Positions 10,754-20,884 are shown, numbered from the stretch's first letter. The stretch: DNA of 64,000 bases from a bacterium (GCA_963662285.2 CAXXMV010000006.1:192001-256000); one strand, 5' to 3'. Notes: generated by a model from the sequence alone, not told the origin. Program-made: numbers and translations.

Positions 10754-11521
10754 CTAATCTATGATGTGAAACGCTTTTCGGGCATTGAGCCGGGTTTGTG
10801 CGGCTATTTGCTCAATCTCTTCTTCTCTTAATTCAGCTAATTTCTTCGCTGTTTCAACAATCATTTTCGGTTCGCACATTTTACCCCGGTAAGGAACCGG
10901 CGCCAGATAGGGTGAGTCTGTCTCTATCAGCAGGTTGCTTGAAGGAACCTTGGTCGCTATATCATGCAGGTCTTTGGCGTTCTTGAAGGTCAATATACCT
11001 GAAAACGATATGTAATAGCCCAACTCTACCGATTTTTCCATTACCTCAAACGAAGCAGTAAAACAATGTAGAATAGCGGCTTGGGGCGGCTCGGTCTGCA
11101 ATATATTCAGAAAATCTTCATCCGCTTCACGCAGGTGAATGATTAATATCTTACCTGAATCATTTGCCAGTTTTGATTGCTTAAGAAAATGCTCGATTTG
11201 GATATCCTTGGGTCCAGCTGGATAGTGATATTCGAGTCCGCATTCTCCAATGGCTGCCACTGATGGATGCTGAGCCAGCGTTTCAAGTTGTTGGTAATAA
11301 TCATTGGGCGCCTCAAGAATATCGTGGGGCGAAACTCCTACTGAGGCGTATAAGCCGGGCAGCGTTTCAGCTAGTTCAATAGCGCGTTGGCTGCTTGCTA
11401 GGTCGTAACCGACTACTATGGCCTGGTCTATGCCTGCTTGATTGGCCGAGCGCCATATCGCAGTTTCCTGGTTATGAAATTTCTCGTGGTTTAAGTGAAG
11501 GTGGCTGTCAAAAAGTTTCAT
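10754..11521 (-). CDS. tatD: TatD family deoxyribonuclease
   Basis: DSHLH, AIGECGLEY, IIHLRE, ILHCF, LLIETDSPYLAPVPYRG. Confidence 0.95.
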   Translation of the reverse strand: MKLFDSHLHLNHEKFHNQETAIWRSANQAGIDQAIVVGYDLASSQRAIELAETLPGLYASVGVSPHDILEAPNDYYQQLETLAQHPSVAAIGECGLEYHYPAGPKDIQIEHFLKQSKLANDSGKILIIHLREADEDFLNILQTEPPQAAILHCFTASFEVMEKSVELGYYISFSGILTFKNAKDLHDIATKVPSSNLLIETDSPYLAPVPYRGKMCEPKMIVETAKKLAELREEEIEQIAAQTRLNARKAFHIID

Positions 11522-11539
11522 GTTTTGTTTTATAATCTT

Positions 11540-12331
11540 CTAACTATTGGCTTGGATCAGATTGAAAATATACGATATCGGTTCGAATCCAATGGTTAAT
11601 TTCAGGCCTATGAGAAACAGAATGATGTAGATAATGGCGTTGAATATTTTTTCATTAATCCGCTGATTCATCCATACGCCCAGGTAGGTTCCAATGGGAA
11701 CCAGGGGCAGCAGGTAGAAACTCTGCTTCATGCTTTCGAAGCTGATCATGCCATGATAGGTGTAGGGGATCAGTTTGACTGCATTAACTATGGTGAAAAG
11801 CATCACAGTGGTTCCGACAAAAATCCTGCGTCCCAGATGCTGGGGGAACAAAAACATGGTTGCCGGGGGGCCGCCGGCATGAGCCAGAGTCGAGGTAAGG
11901 CCAACGCTGAATCCGAAAAACCAGCCATGCCACGGTTTTGGTTTATAGGCCTCCAGTCTATTCAGCACCCATATTTTTATCATTTCATATATAACGAAGG
12001 CGATGGAGATCACGCCGATCATGATTTTAAGGTAGTAATCCGCTTTCTGTTCGTGAACCAAACCCAGGAACAGGCCGCATACAAAGATGCCTGCAATGGC
12101 GCCGGGCGCGATGCGCATCAGATTGGTTCGGTCGAAGGTTTTGCGGTAGTGATAGATGGTGAACATGTCGCAAGCGCATAACAGCGGCAGCATTATGCCC
12201 AGAGACGCTTTTGAATCGCCGGTGGCAATGATAAACAGTGGAACGGCGGCGATGCCCACGCCTCCGCCAAAGCCTGCTTTGGCGATGCCCACCAGAACGA
12301 CGGCCAATGGGGCAAAGATATAATAAGTCAT
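11540..12331 (-). CDS. Sulfite exporter TauE/SafE family membrane protein
   Basis: GIAKAGFGGGVG, LPLLCACD, STLAHAGGPP, N.VKLIPY; multiple TM helices. Confidence 0.9.
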   Translation of the reverse strand: MTYYIFAPLAVVLVGIAKAGFGGGVGIAAVPLFIIATGDSKASLGIMLPLLCACDMFTIYHYRKTFDRTNLMRIAPGAIAGIFVCGLFLGLVHEQKADYYLKIMIGVISIAFVIYEMIKIWVLNRLEAYKPKPWHGWFFGFSVGLTSTLAHAGGPPATMFLFPQHLGRRIFVGTTVMLFTIVNAVKLIPYTYHGMISFESMKQSFYLLPLVPIGTYLGVWMNQRINEKIFNAIIYIILFLIGLKLTIGFEPISYIFNLIQANS

Positions 12332-12589
12332 AAAATTTCCTGAGATTATCTGAAATTATCCTATTAAAGAGGGTTGTATAATAGCGTTCTTATCCGTATT
12401 AGAGTAGTTTTAAGGATAACGTTCTGATTCGATATTTGCGGTCATGCCATTTGGCACCCGTGCGGGATTTATTGATTCGATTGATAGGGCGTCATTTTAT
12501 CTTTCTCTGCCACTTTCATTTTGTTGGCGTCTGTTTAATACTGATAAAGTGATTGTGACCAATATTCATGTGTATATAATTAAAACGAT

Positions 12590-14377
12590 ATGTTAAATCG
12601 CCTGGATGATTATAATCCACTATCCCAAAATTCGATTAACGCGCTTGATCGAACCAGGGGATATTATATCTATCGCGTCTTGCTGGGATTAGCCTGTCTA
12701 TTATCGGTATTTTCGATCATCTTGCAGTATGGTTTTGTTATACCTCCCGCTATGACCAGTAGTTTGATAGGGCTGAATATATTAACGGTTATTTTATTTT
12801 TCTCCCTTACGATATTTAGAATCGTGAAAACCTATAAAATTGAATCGCCATTTCGCCACGCTGCGCTGGAGATAATTTTAATAGCGTTTCTCATTATGGA
12901 ATTGATTGTCGTGAAATTGGCATTCCCGGAATCGAAACAAGTAATTCATCATCTGATCCCGGTTTATTTAATCAGTTTACAGGTCTATTTCATGTTTGCG
13001 CTGGGCAAGCGTATGTTTAAGGCGGGGAAACAATTATATCTGCTATCGTTTTCACCCGCGGCCACGGTAGCGATTTCATTTATTGTATTAATAATGGTTG
13101 GAACTCTTGCATTGCTGCTTCCTCAATCAACTCATGGAACCTTGACGCCGAACATATCTTTGATAGACGCATTGTTTACATCCACCTCAGCTGTCTGCGT
13201 GACAGGATTGACCACTGTCAATACGGCGTATGATTTTTCCCGCTTGGGGCAGGGCATAATACTGTTTTTGATTCAATTGGGCGCTTTTGGAATTATGATA
13301 TTCGTCGGTCTGTTCGCTTTCTCCTTTGGTTCTGGTTCCAGTTTAAGATCAAGGTTGGTGCTTCAGGATATTCTGGTTCGGGAAGGCGGTCAGCATGTTG
13401 CATCGCTTATGAGAGTAATGCTTATTACTACGCTTATTCTTGAGGGCGCCGGCGCTGTTTTGCTTATTCCAGGTTTCTACGAAGTTTCCGGCGTCTTAGG
13501 AGAATCCTGCTTCGACTCTATCTTTCATTCCGTATCCGCCTTTTGTAATGCGGGATTTTCCACTTTTCCAACCAGTCTTGAATTATTCTCAAATTCACCG
13601 CTGGTTATTATTACCATAAGCATTCTGATTGTATGCGGGGGAATCGGCTTCGGAGTAGTGTATGAAATCGGGCAGTGGATTCGGAAGCGTTTCATTCAAA
13701 AGAAACTAGCGGTTCGTTTAAGTCTTCATGCAATCATCGTAATTCAAACATCCGCCTTACTAATTGTGGTTGGTATGGCGGCTGTATTAATTGGCGGCGA
13801 TTGGAGTATGCGAAGCGGATTGGATGTATTCCTGTCGTCGCTGTTTCAATCCATAACCACGCGCACCGCTGGTTTTAACTCGATCCCGTTGCTTTCAATC
13901 GCGCCTTGGTGTTTGATCATGATGATGATCTGGATGTTGATTGGAGGGGCGCCTGGCGGAACGGCGGGAGGCATCAAGGTCTCGACGGTTGCTTTGCTGT
14001 TTCATACGGCGCGCAGCCTTCTCAAAGGCCGTAAACAGGTTGAAATTCGTCATCGAACTATTACGCAAGATGCGATTATGATGGCCTTTGTTATTTGCGG
14101 ACTGGCCATTTCGTATATTGCCGTCGCAACAATCGTTCTTGTATGGGCGGAACCGGATAAACTTATATTTAGATTATTGTTCGAAGTGATTTCCGCCTTT
14201 GGCACGGTCGGATTGTCTCTGGGCGTTACTCCTGAACTCAGTTCCATAGGAAAAATCATTATTATAATCACCATGTATGTCGGACGGGTCGGGCCATTGA
14301 CTGTTTTTCTAGGGATGATGAGAACCCGTGATGAAGCGAATTATGAATATCCAACCGGTTCGATTATCATAAGTTGA
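12590..14377 (+). CDS. trkH: TrkH/KtrB potassium uptake membrane subunit with extra N-terminal TM region
   Basis: Four pore motifs SAVCVTGL, SAFCNAGFS, TTRTAGFN and SAFGTVGLS; GGTAGGIK; MYVGRVGPLT. Confidence 0.93.
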   Translation: MLNRLDDYNPLSQNSINALDRTRGYYIYRVLLGLACLLSVFSIILQYGFVIPPAMTSSLIGLNILTVILFFSLTIFRIVKTYKIESPFRHAALEIILIAFLIMELIVVKLAFPESKQVIHHLIPVYLISLQVYFMFALGKRMFKAGKQLYLLSFSPAATVAISFIVLIMVGTLALLLPQSTHGTLTPNISLIDALFTSTSAVCVTGLTTVNTAYDFSRLGQGIILFLIQLGAFGIMIFVGLFAFSFGSGSSLRSRLVLQDILVREGGQHVASLMRVMLITTLILEGAGAVLLIPGFYEVSGVLGESCFDSIFHSVSAFCNAGFSTFPTSLELFSNSPLVIITISILIVCGGIGFGVVYEIGQWIRKRFIQKKLAVRLSLHAIIVIQTSALLIVVGMAAVLIGGDWSMRSGLDVFLSSLFQSITTRTAGFNSIPLLSIAPWCLIMMMIWMLIGGAPGGTAGGIKVSTVALLFHTARSLLKGRKQVEIRHRTITQDAIMMAFVICGLAISYIAVATIVLVWAEPDKLIFRLLFEVISAFGTVGLSLGVTPELSSIGKIIIIITMYVGRVGPLTVFLGMMRTRDEANYEYPTGSIIIS

Positions 14378-14390
14378 TTGGAGCGAAACA

Positions 14391-15056
14391 ATGAGCAAAA
14401 AAATCGTTGTGATCGGATTAGGGGTTCTGGGACGCAACATGGCGGTGCTGCTCGAATCGCGGGGCGCTGAAGTGATCGCTATCGATTCTGATATGGGGCC
14501 GGTTGAAGAAATCAAAGACAAGGTCACCATGGCCGTCGCCTTGGATTCGACCAATGAAAAGGCTTTGCTAGCGCTGGATATTGCCAACGTGGATGCGGCG
14601 GTTGTCTGCATCGGTGAGAATTTTCAGGCCAATCTTCTTACTACAGTGCTGCTTAAAAAGATGAAGGTTAAATACGTTATCACCCGCGCCGCCAATCCAA
14701 TCGAGAAGCAGATTTTAAGGGAACTGGGAGCGGATGAATTGATTTATCCCGAAGAAGACCTGGCCAGAGAACTTTCGGTGAGGTTAACGTCCAATTCTCT
14801 GCTTGATCTTGTGTCGCTCGGACCGAACCTGGGAGCGGCACGTCTTAAAGTACCCGTTGCTTTTATTGATAAAAAACTATTAGACTTAAATCTACGGGTC
14901 GAATATGGTATAAACATTATTTCAATTTACCGTCAAGAAGATATCCAGGAAACCGTAAATCCGTTTCCCAAACCGGATCATGTATTTGCAGAGGGTGAAA
15001 TAATGCTGGTCGTGGGCGCCAATAAGGATATCGCTAGAATAACGGAATTGCCGTGA
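14391..15056 (+). CDS. trkA: TrkA/KtrA potassium uptake RCK subunit
   Basis: VIGLGVLG Rossmann motif, GAD..IYPE, TrkA_C domain; directly after trkH. Confidence 0.93.
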   Translation: MSKKIVVIGLGVLGRNMAVLLESRGAEVIAIDSDMGPVEEIKDKVTMAVALDSTNEKALLALDIANVDAAVVCIGENFQANLLTTVLLKKMKVKYVITRAANPIEKQILRELGADELIYPEEDLARELSVRLTSNSLLDLVSLGPNLGAARLKVPVAFIDKKLLDLNLRVEYGINIISIYRQEDIQETVNPFPKPDHVFAEGEIMLVVGANKDIARITELP

Positions 15057-15078
15057 GCATCTTATTCTGTGAATCCCA

Positions 15079-15915
15079 CTATGTAATGGTTGGAATAGCT
15101 TGCACGTCCACCGCTTTGGTTTTGCCTCCCCCGCTATCTACGATCTTAAATTCAAGCACCATGTTGCGGTCGGTTAGTTTGCTGTTATCCAGGTCGTCGG
15201 GATACTCTGAACTATGGCAGAAAATGGTGGCGTAAGGCGACTCCATATCACGGGAGTCAGTATGCCACAGGTCGCCTTCAACGGTGGTGAGGTATCGCAG
15301 CCAGCCGAATCCTTTGGTCTCATCGTGCGTATAACAGACTCCTCTGGCGTAAGAGTTTACTTCACCCCATTTTAAGTTTGATGGTGCGCATTCGATGGGA
15401 AGAAGGTTCGGGATCAAATAGCCCGACATATAAAGATCCGCTTCTCCACGCAAATCCCGTGATACATTATCGAAAGCCACAATCTCAACCCGGCATCCAC
15501 GGTTTTGAAGAGCGCGAACCACCTGCACGAAGTCGCCGTCGCCCGTCGCCAGAATCACCCGGTCAAGATTCTCTGATTGCAATAACGCATCAACCGCCAG
15601 ATCCAGATCGACGTTTGCCTTGCCGAATCGATTGCCGGTATCGTCGGTATACCATTTCATATCCTTTTGGATAACTTTGTAGCCCACATCACGCAATGCG
15701 GCATGGAAGCGTCTTTGTTTGGTTCGATATTCGTGATCATTGTATGATCGTTCAGGATCAAAACTCACATAGGCGTTCAAACGGATCGGTTCAGCGCGGC
15801 CGCGACATGCGAACTCGCGCAGCACGTCATAGCGCATGCCGAAGCCGCCGTTCATGGCCAGATTCGCTACATCAATATATACGCCAACCTTGAGATGAGA
15901 GGATTTTTCAGGCAT
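15079..15915 (-). CDS. NYN (LabA/DUF88, PIN-like) domain protein with C-terminal cold-shock-like OB fold
   Basis: YIDVAN, K.NVDLDLAVD, ATGDGDF; C-terminal KGFGWL...FCHSS...FKI...KAVDV. Confidence 0.88.
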   Translation of the reverse strand: MPEKSSHLKVGVYIDVANLAMNGGFGMRYDVLREFACRGRAEPIRLNAYVSFDPERSYNDHEYRTKQRRFHAALRDVGYKVIQKDMKWYTDDTGNRFGKANVDLDLAVDALLQSENLDRVILATGDGDFVQVVRALQNRGCRVEIVAFDNVSRDLRGEADLYMSGYLIPNLLPIECAPSNLKWGEVNSYARGVCYTHDETKGFGWLRYLTTVEGDLWHTDSRDMESPYATIFCHSSEYPDDLDNSKLTDRNMVLEFKIVDSGGGKTKAVDVQAIPTIT

Positions 15916-16001
15916 GGTTTCATCCTTGTTATGTACAACGGTTTCTAAAAATATGTTGGTTTAGAGCAATTATCAAAAATATATTCTAATCAAAATCCCG
16001 C

Positions 16002-16115
16002 TAGAGCGATTATCAAAATTATGTTCGTTTATTATCACCTTTGGTCTTCGAAAAAGCCAATCTTTTCTGGCTTTTTCGAATCGCCAATCAGAACATTATT
16101 ATGAATACTACTCTA
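16002..16115. mobile_element. MITE-like element, family D
   Basis: Imperfect terminal inverted repeats TAGAGCGATTATCAAAAT / ATTATGAATACTACTCTA; internal hairpin TTCGAAAAAGCCA..TGGCTTTTTCGAA; related copies at 45659, 48762, 63958, 9152 and 12400. Confidence 0.7.
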
Positions 16116-16211
16116 AATGGATTTCGCTTAATAATACAATATACAACACCCACAGAAAATGAAAGATGAGTCAATGCGAAACTTAATTTTCTTATTTTGA
16201 AAGTTCATTGG

Positions 16212-16266
16212 AATCGGGGATGAAATGGGGATGAAATCGGGATGGTTGGTGGATGAAAAGGGGATG
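16212..16266 (+). repeat. Five phased 11-bp direct repeats each ending in GGATG
   Basis: GGATG ends at 16222, 16233, 16244, 16255 and 16266 (exact 11-nt period). Confidence 0.85.
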
Positions 16267-16323
16267 GTTTTGAGGTTAGACTTGTTGATATGAAAATCAA
16301 TCAATGTCAGCGAGGTATTAATC

Positions 16324-17139
16324 ATGCACAAAAACCTGTCTAAATTCGGAATACTGGGAAATAGCGAAGCAATGCTGGGATTGGCCGATATGACATACGC
16401 CGCCGCGCCTCATTGGGATTCAGTCCTGCTGAGCGGAGAGCGGGGTACTGGCAAGGAACTATTGGCCAAAGCGGTGCACCTGCTTGGTCCAACCAGAGGA
16501 GCGGCGCCGGTTATTATCGATTGCGCAACGCTGCATCCGGCTACGGTGGAAGCGACATTGTTCGGTCATGAACGCGGCGCCTTTACCGGCGCCGTGCACC
16601 GTAAAATAGGCTTTCTGGAAGCCGCCCATGAGGGCACGGTCTTTCTTGATGAGATAAGCGCCCTGCCCTTGGACGCCCAGGGGCGTCTGCTGCGCTTTCT
16701 GGAAATGCAGACCATTACCAGAATAGGCGCGTCGAAACCGATTCGCATTCAAACTCGAATTATTGCTGCGACCAACCGCGATTTGGCTATTGATATGGCC
16801 AATGGCGCCTTTCTGCCTGATCTATATGACCGGCTCAGCGTTTTGAATATCCAAGCTCCACCGCTGAGAGATCGTCATGGCGATCTACCTATACTGTTGG
16901 ATCATTTCATCGGCGCGAAGGAGAGAACGCGTTTTACGCAGGATGGTATGGCATTTCTGGATGAACATCCATTCTATGGCAATGTTCGCGAATTACGCAA
17001 CCTGTGCCGCCGCTTGGGCGTTTTTCATCCCAAAGGCCGCATAGATAGAAATATTGTTCAAACCCTGTTGCAGACAGAAACTAAGCAGTTAAAAATCTCA
17101 GTTATGCGTTCCAGGGATGCGCGTCAATTTACGTGTTGA
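16324..17139 (+). CDS. Sigma54-interacting AAA+ activator consisting of the central domain only
   Basis: Walker A GERGTGKE, LFGHERGAFTGA, Walker B FLDEI, RIIAATNRDL, GNVRELRN; no receiver/sensor domain and no evident Fis-type HTH. Confidence 0.88.
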   Translation: MHKNLSKFGILGNSEAMLGLADMTYAAAPHWDSVLLSGERGTGKELLAKAVHLLGPTRGAAPVIIDCATLHPATVEATLFGHERGAFTGAVHRKIGFLEAAHEGTVFLDEISALPLDAQGRLLRFLEMQTITRIGASKPIRIQTRIIAATNRDLAIDMANGAFLPDLYDRLSVLNIQAPPLRDRHGDLPILLDHFIGAKERTRFTQDGMAFLDEHPFYGNVRELRNLCRRLGVFHPKGRIDRNIVQTLLQTETKQLKISVMRSRDARQFTC

Positions 17140-17863
17140 AATGTTTATTGAAGCGCCTCAATAGATAAAGGTTGATTGATGCATGAACTATCACGCCGCC
17201 GATAAAATAGTTGACGAAATAGGATTGATTACCGGTGGCGATCCAGAATAGTTTCATAGGCCAGAAATTGGGAATGATCCATATAAGCATCTGATAACCC
17301 GGAGATATAAAATAGGCGACCAGCGGCAGGGCGATGATGGTTCCCATGCCCTTCATAATGGCGAATCCCTGCACTTTGTTTTTAGCGATCGGCACCATGC
17401 ATAATGCAAAAATGGGCGCTTCGGTCGATGCCAGTAAGGTTATTAACCAAAGGCGAGAAGCAGGCGTGGTGGTCAGTTGAGCGATGGGAACAATGAGCAT
17501 GGTTAGTATGATGCATATTACGCTGGGGAACATTATGCGGTAGAACAAATATATATTCATCGGAATGGGAGTCACTCTAAGGGCGGAGAGGGTGTCATCA
17601 TCCCTTTCGTCGAGCAGCAGAAAACCGATGACCATGCCGAACAGTATGGGCGGCACGCAGATTAAGAGATAACTGACAATGAGTGGATAGTAGAGCGTAA
17701 GATCAACTTTGTCAGCCAACGCACTGGTGATGGGCGGCACGGCCCAGCGCAAGGTAAAAGCATACACAAAAGGCAGTACGACCATCAAAAAGAGCAGGTT
17801 ATCGCGCCGCACGAGTTTCAAATCGTTCTTACCCATTACCTTGAACAAGGAGATTATATTCAT
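17129..17863 (-). CDS. ABC-2 exporter permease (fluoroquinolone-export Rv2686c-like)
   Basis: GFLLLDERDDDTL.ALRVTP, AKNKVQGFAIMK; multi-TM. Confidence 0.85.
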   Translation of the reverse strand: MNIISLFKVMGKNDLKLVRRDNLLFLMVVLPFVYAFTLRWAVPPITSALADKVDLTLYYPLIVSYLLICVPPILFGMVIGFLLLDERDDDTLSALRVTPIPMNIYLFYRIMFPSVICIILTMLIVPIAQLTTTPASRLWLITLLASTEAPIFALCMVPIAKNKVQGFAIMKGMGTIIALPLVAYFISPGYQMLIWIIPNFWPMKLFWIATGNQSYFVNYFIGGVIVHASINLYLLRRFNKHFNT

Positions 17864-17864
17864 C

Positions 17865-18566
17865 TTACGACATCTCCTTGCGGATAATAAATCGCTCGAA
17901 TGACCGATGCGCCAGGTAGAAAAATATAACGATAGCGATTACGGGATAAACAATCGCATAAATATATTGATAAAAGGTGATGGATTGAAAAGCGCCTTGA
18001 AACAGCAGCAATGGACCATAACTGGGCCAGGGGATGAACATCCACTGCGGGATTTTATCGATAAAATTAAAGAAGGGTAATTGAATAATAGTTGTGCATA
18101 GCACCGCAGGCATGATGAAATCGGTCACTGAATCGAACCGGGCGATAAGGATTAAACCGAGCAACGCGTATTGTACGGAGATCAATAACGCACCGGTCAG
18201 CAGAGTGATCCAGTATAAATCATAGCCATAAGAGCAGATGATAATGAAAAGGTTCTCGATCAGCATCATGGCGGTCAGCGTGATAATCTTGGAATAGAGA
18301 TATTCAGAGGTGCGAAGGGGTGAAACAACCATGCTTTCCAGGATTCCTTCTGATTTTTCGAGCAGCACCAGCCCGGCGATGAAAAAGAAGGCGATAGACA
18401 TGGCGATGTATAAAAAATAGGGTATAACCACTTTGAGCATTTCCGGGCTGAACATGTTGCGCATCACGATGATCATGGTGATAGCCACGAACAGGGAAGC
18501 GTAGTAGAAGCCATTGCGCCATTGCAGGGCGACGTCCAGTTTTAGCGTCGAAAGCAGCCGGTTCAT
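17865..18566 (-). CDS. ABC-2 exporter permease (Rv2687c-like)
   Basis: DV.LQWRNGFYY, FFIAGLVLLEKSEG.L....VSPL...EYL.SK. Confidence 0.85.
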   Translation of the reverse strand: MNRLLSTLKLDVALQWRNGFYYASLFVAITMIIVMRNMFSPEMLKVVIPYFLYIAMSIAFFFIAGLVLLEKSEGILESMVVSPLRTSEYLYSKIITLTAMMLIENLFIIICSYGYDLYWITLLTGALLISVQYALLGLILIARFDSVTDFIMPAVLCTTIIQLPFFNFIDKIPQWMFIPWPSYGPLLLFQGAFQSITFYQYIYAIVYPVIAIVIFFYLAHRSFERFIIRKEMS

Positions 18567-19417
18567 GACAGGCTCCTTCCGGTAACTTCGATAAATATTT
18601 TCTCCAGGGTGGTTTCCAGGGTGTGGATAGTTTCGATGTCGCGTTGGTTTAATAAAGTTAAAAAATCCTGGTTAGCGCCCAGGTTTTTTAAGGGAAATTC
18701 CTGAGCGGAGGTTTTGTCTTCAACATGATATTCAACCCGCACCTTGGCTTCTCCATAGCGCAGTTTTAATTGACGCGGCGAGTCGGTCAACGCGATTTTG
18801 CCATCGACCAGAAATGCCGCCCGGTCGCATAGTTGATCTGCCACGGTCATGTCATGAGTGGTGAGAAAGATAGTTGTTCCCTGATCTTTCTTCTGCTGTA
18901 TGATCTCTTTGATAAGATGGGCGTTGACCGGATCGAGACCCGCCGTAGGTTCATCGAGAAAGAGCAGATCGGGTTTATGCAGCAAAGCGCGGGCGAAATT
19001 CAAGCGGATTTTCATGCCCTTGGAGAATTGGGATACGCGCAGACGACCGTCATCGTTTAGATTAACCATATCGAGCAGCGCTTGCGGAGATTCTGTTTCG
19101 CCGCTGTATAAAGATCGGAAATATTGCAAATTTTCCAATGCGGTTAGTTTAAGAAAATGATTGGGAAATTCAAAACTGACTCCGATGCGTTCGTAGAGGT
19201 TCGAGCGCCATGAACTCAGGTCTTGGCCGAGGATTTCGATATCGCCCCGGTAATTCTTCAGCAGACCTATGAGGATTTTCTGCGTGGTGCTTTTTCCAGA
19301 ACCGCTGGGGCCGAGAAAGCCGAATATTTCACCTTTGGCAATTGAGAAGGAAATATCTTTAATCGTCGGCTGTTGCGCGGTTGGATAAGTAAAATCGAGC
19401 TGATTGACCTTGATCAT
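18563..19417 (-). CDS. ABC exporter ATP-binding protein (Rv2688c-like)
   Basis: Walker A GPSGSGKST, signature FSKGMK, Walker B LFLDEPTAGLDP, TTH. Confidence 0.93.
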   Translation of the reverse strand: MIKVNQLDFTYPTAQQPTIKDISFSIAKGEIFGFLGPSGSGKSTTQKILIGLLKNYRGDIEILGQDLSSWRSNLYERIGVSFEFPNHFLKLTALENLQYFRSLYSGETESPQALLDMVNLNDDGRLRVSQFSKGMKIRLNFARALLHKPDLLFLDEPTAGLDPVNAHLIKEIIQQKKDQGTTIFLTTHDMTVADQLCDRAAFLVDGKIALTDSPRQLKLRYGEAKVRVEYHVEDKTSAQEFPLKNLGANQDFLTLLNQRDIETIHTLETTLEKIFIEVTGRSLS

Positions 19418-19460
19418 GATTCAGATTGCCTCTTATTACTGTTATATTAACTTTGGTGGA

Positions 19461-19550
19461 TTCTCCCCCCAAGTTTGAGGGAGTTAGAGGGGGGTTGCGT
19501 CTCAACGAATCAACCTCCATCTAACCTCCACCCAGGCTTGAGTAAGGGAT
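19461..19550. repeat. GC-rich palindromic intergenic repeat, family A
   Basis: CTCCCCCCAAGTTTG.GGGAGTTAGAGGGGG...CTAACCTCC.CCCAGGCTTG; copies at 28154, 28338 and 29596; partial copies at 25078, 43898, 61670 and 61770. Confidence 0.8.
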
Positions 19551-19646
19551 AACGCACTAAAAATAGTTGATCTATTACATTTTATAAGTGAAACAACGCT
19601 TTCGCCTAATGATATCATCAAAAGAATGTGATACATTACAATTACT

Positions 19647-20882
19647 ATGAAAAGTACAATAAAAAAACAAATCCGCGCCTGGTACGTCTACGACCTGGCC
19701 AATACTATATTCTCTGCTTTATTCTTAACCTTCTTCTTTCCACCATATATTAAGGAATATCTTGGGGGGCATGAAGGCCACATCGGCACGGTCACCGGTA
19801 TATCAACCCTGCTGGCGGGATTAACCGTTCCATTCGCCGGGGCGCTGTCGGATTATATAGGCCGCCGTATGCCGTTTCTTATGATATTTACCATCGGTTG
19901 CTGCGTCGCCACAGCGTTAATCAGCATTTCGAACCTTTATTGGGCTTTGGGTTTAGCGGTTATGGCCAACTTTTTTTATGGTATATCGCTGGCTATATAT
20001 GACGCTCTGCTGCCCAAACTGGCGCCGCCCGATAAGCAGGGAACCATCAGCGGCTATGGGGTGGGCGTGGGTTACCTGGGAACGCCGATCTCCTTGATCG
20101 CTGTATCGATTCTATTGTACTTTCTAGGCTGGGAGAGTGAGATTGGCATACGGTCTGTTTTCGTCTTGACCGCCGTGCTGTTTCTAGGGATATCGATTTA
20201 CCCTTTCATGGTGATAAAAGAAGAGAAGAGTTCGGTAGATGGATCATTGACTGATCATATTGTTTCAATCCTGCGAGAGATTAAGCAGTCGGTGCGGCAG
20301 ATACCCGGCATCAAAGGTTTTTTGCCTTTTTTGCTATGCGCCTTCTTCTTTTATAACGCCATCATGGCGGTGGTTCTTTTCCTCTATTTATTCGGCCAGG
20401 AAGAATTGGGATTAACCAAGATGCAGTTCGTCCCCATCTACGCCGGGATGGCGTTCGCCGCAGCTATCGGCGCGGTAGCCAGTGGATATCTATCTGATAA
20501 GTTTTCGCCTAAGCAGATATTGAAATGGTCGGCGTGGGTGTGGATTGTTGTACTGACCTGTTTTATTTTCGTCGCCAACATGACGGTATTCGTGATTGGC
20601 GGCATGATAGGCGGTATGGCTATGGCCGCTTATCTGACCGCGGCGCGTCCTCAGTTGATTAAATTCGCTGATCCCCAAAAAATGGGAGAATATTTCGGCT
20701 TCATGGCGCTGACCAACAAAGCCAGCGGCTTCATGGGTCCAGCGGTTTTCGGATGGATCGTAGCAACCACCAATTATAAAATCGGCCTGGGCGTTTTGAT
20801 CGCCTTTTTTGTGATTGGATTGGTATTTCTAACCTGGGTGCCGGATGAAGAGAAAATTGTAATTACCAAAGTGGATTCGTAA
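19647..20882 (+). CDS. MFS transporter (UMF1/ATG22-like)
   Basis: AWYVYDLANT, GALSDYIGRR, YDALLP, ISGYG...GYLG, GEYFGF. Confidence 0.9.
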   Translation: MKSTIKKQIRAWYVYDLANTIFSALFLTFFFPPYIKEYLGGHEGHIGTVTGISTLLAGLTVPFAGALSDYIGRRMPFLMIFTIGCCVATALISISNLYWALGLAVMANFFYGISLAIYDALLPKLAPPDKQGTISGYGVGVGYLGTPISLIAVSILLYFLGWESEIGIRSVFVLTAVLFLGISIYPFMVIKEEKSSVDGSLTDHIVSILREIKQSVRQIPGIKGFLPFLLCAFFFYNAIMAVVLFLYLFGQEELGLTKMQFVPIYAGMAFAAAIGAVASGYLSDKFSPKQILKWSAWVWIVVLTCFIFVANMTVFVIGGMIGGMAMAAYLTAARPQLIKFADPQKMGEYFGFMALTNKASGFMGPAVFGWIVATTNYKIGLGVLIAFFVIGLVFLTWVPDEEKIVITKVDS

Positions 20883-20884
20883 TC

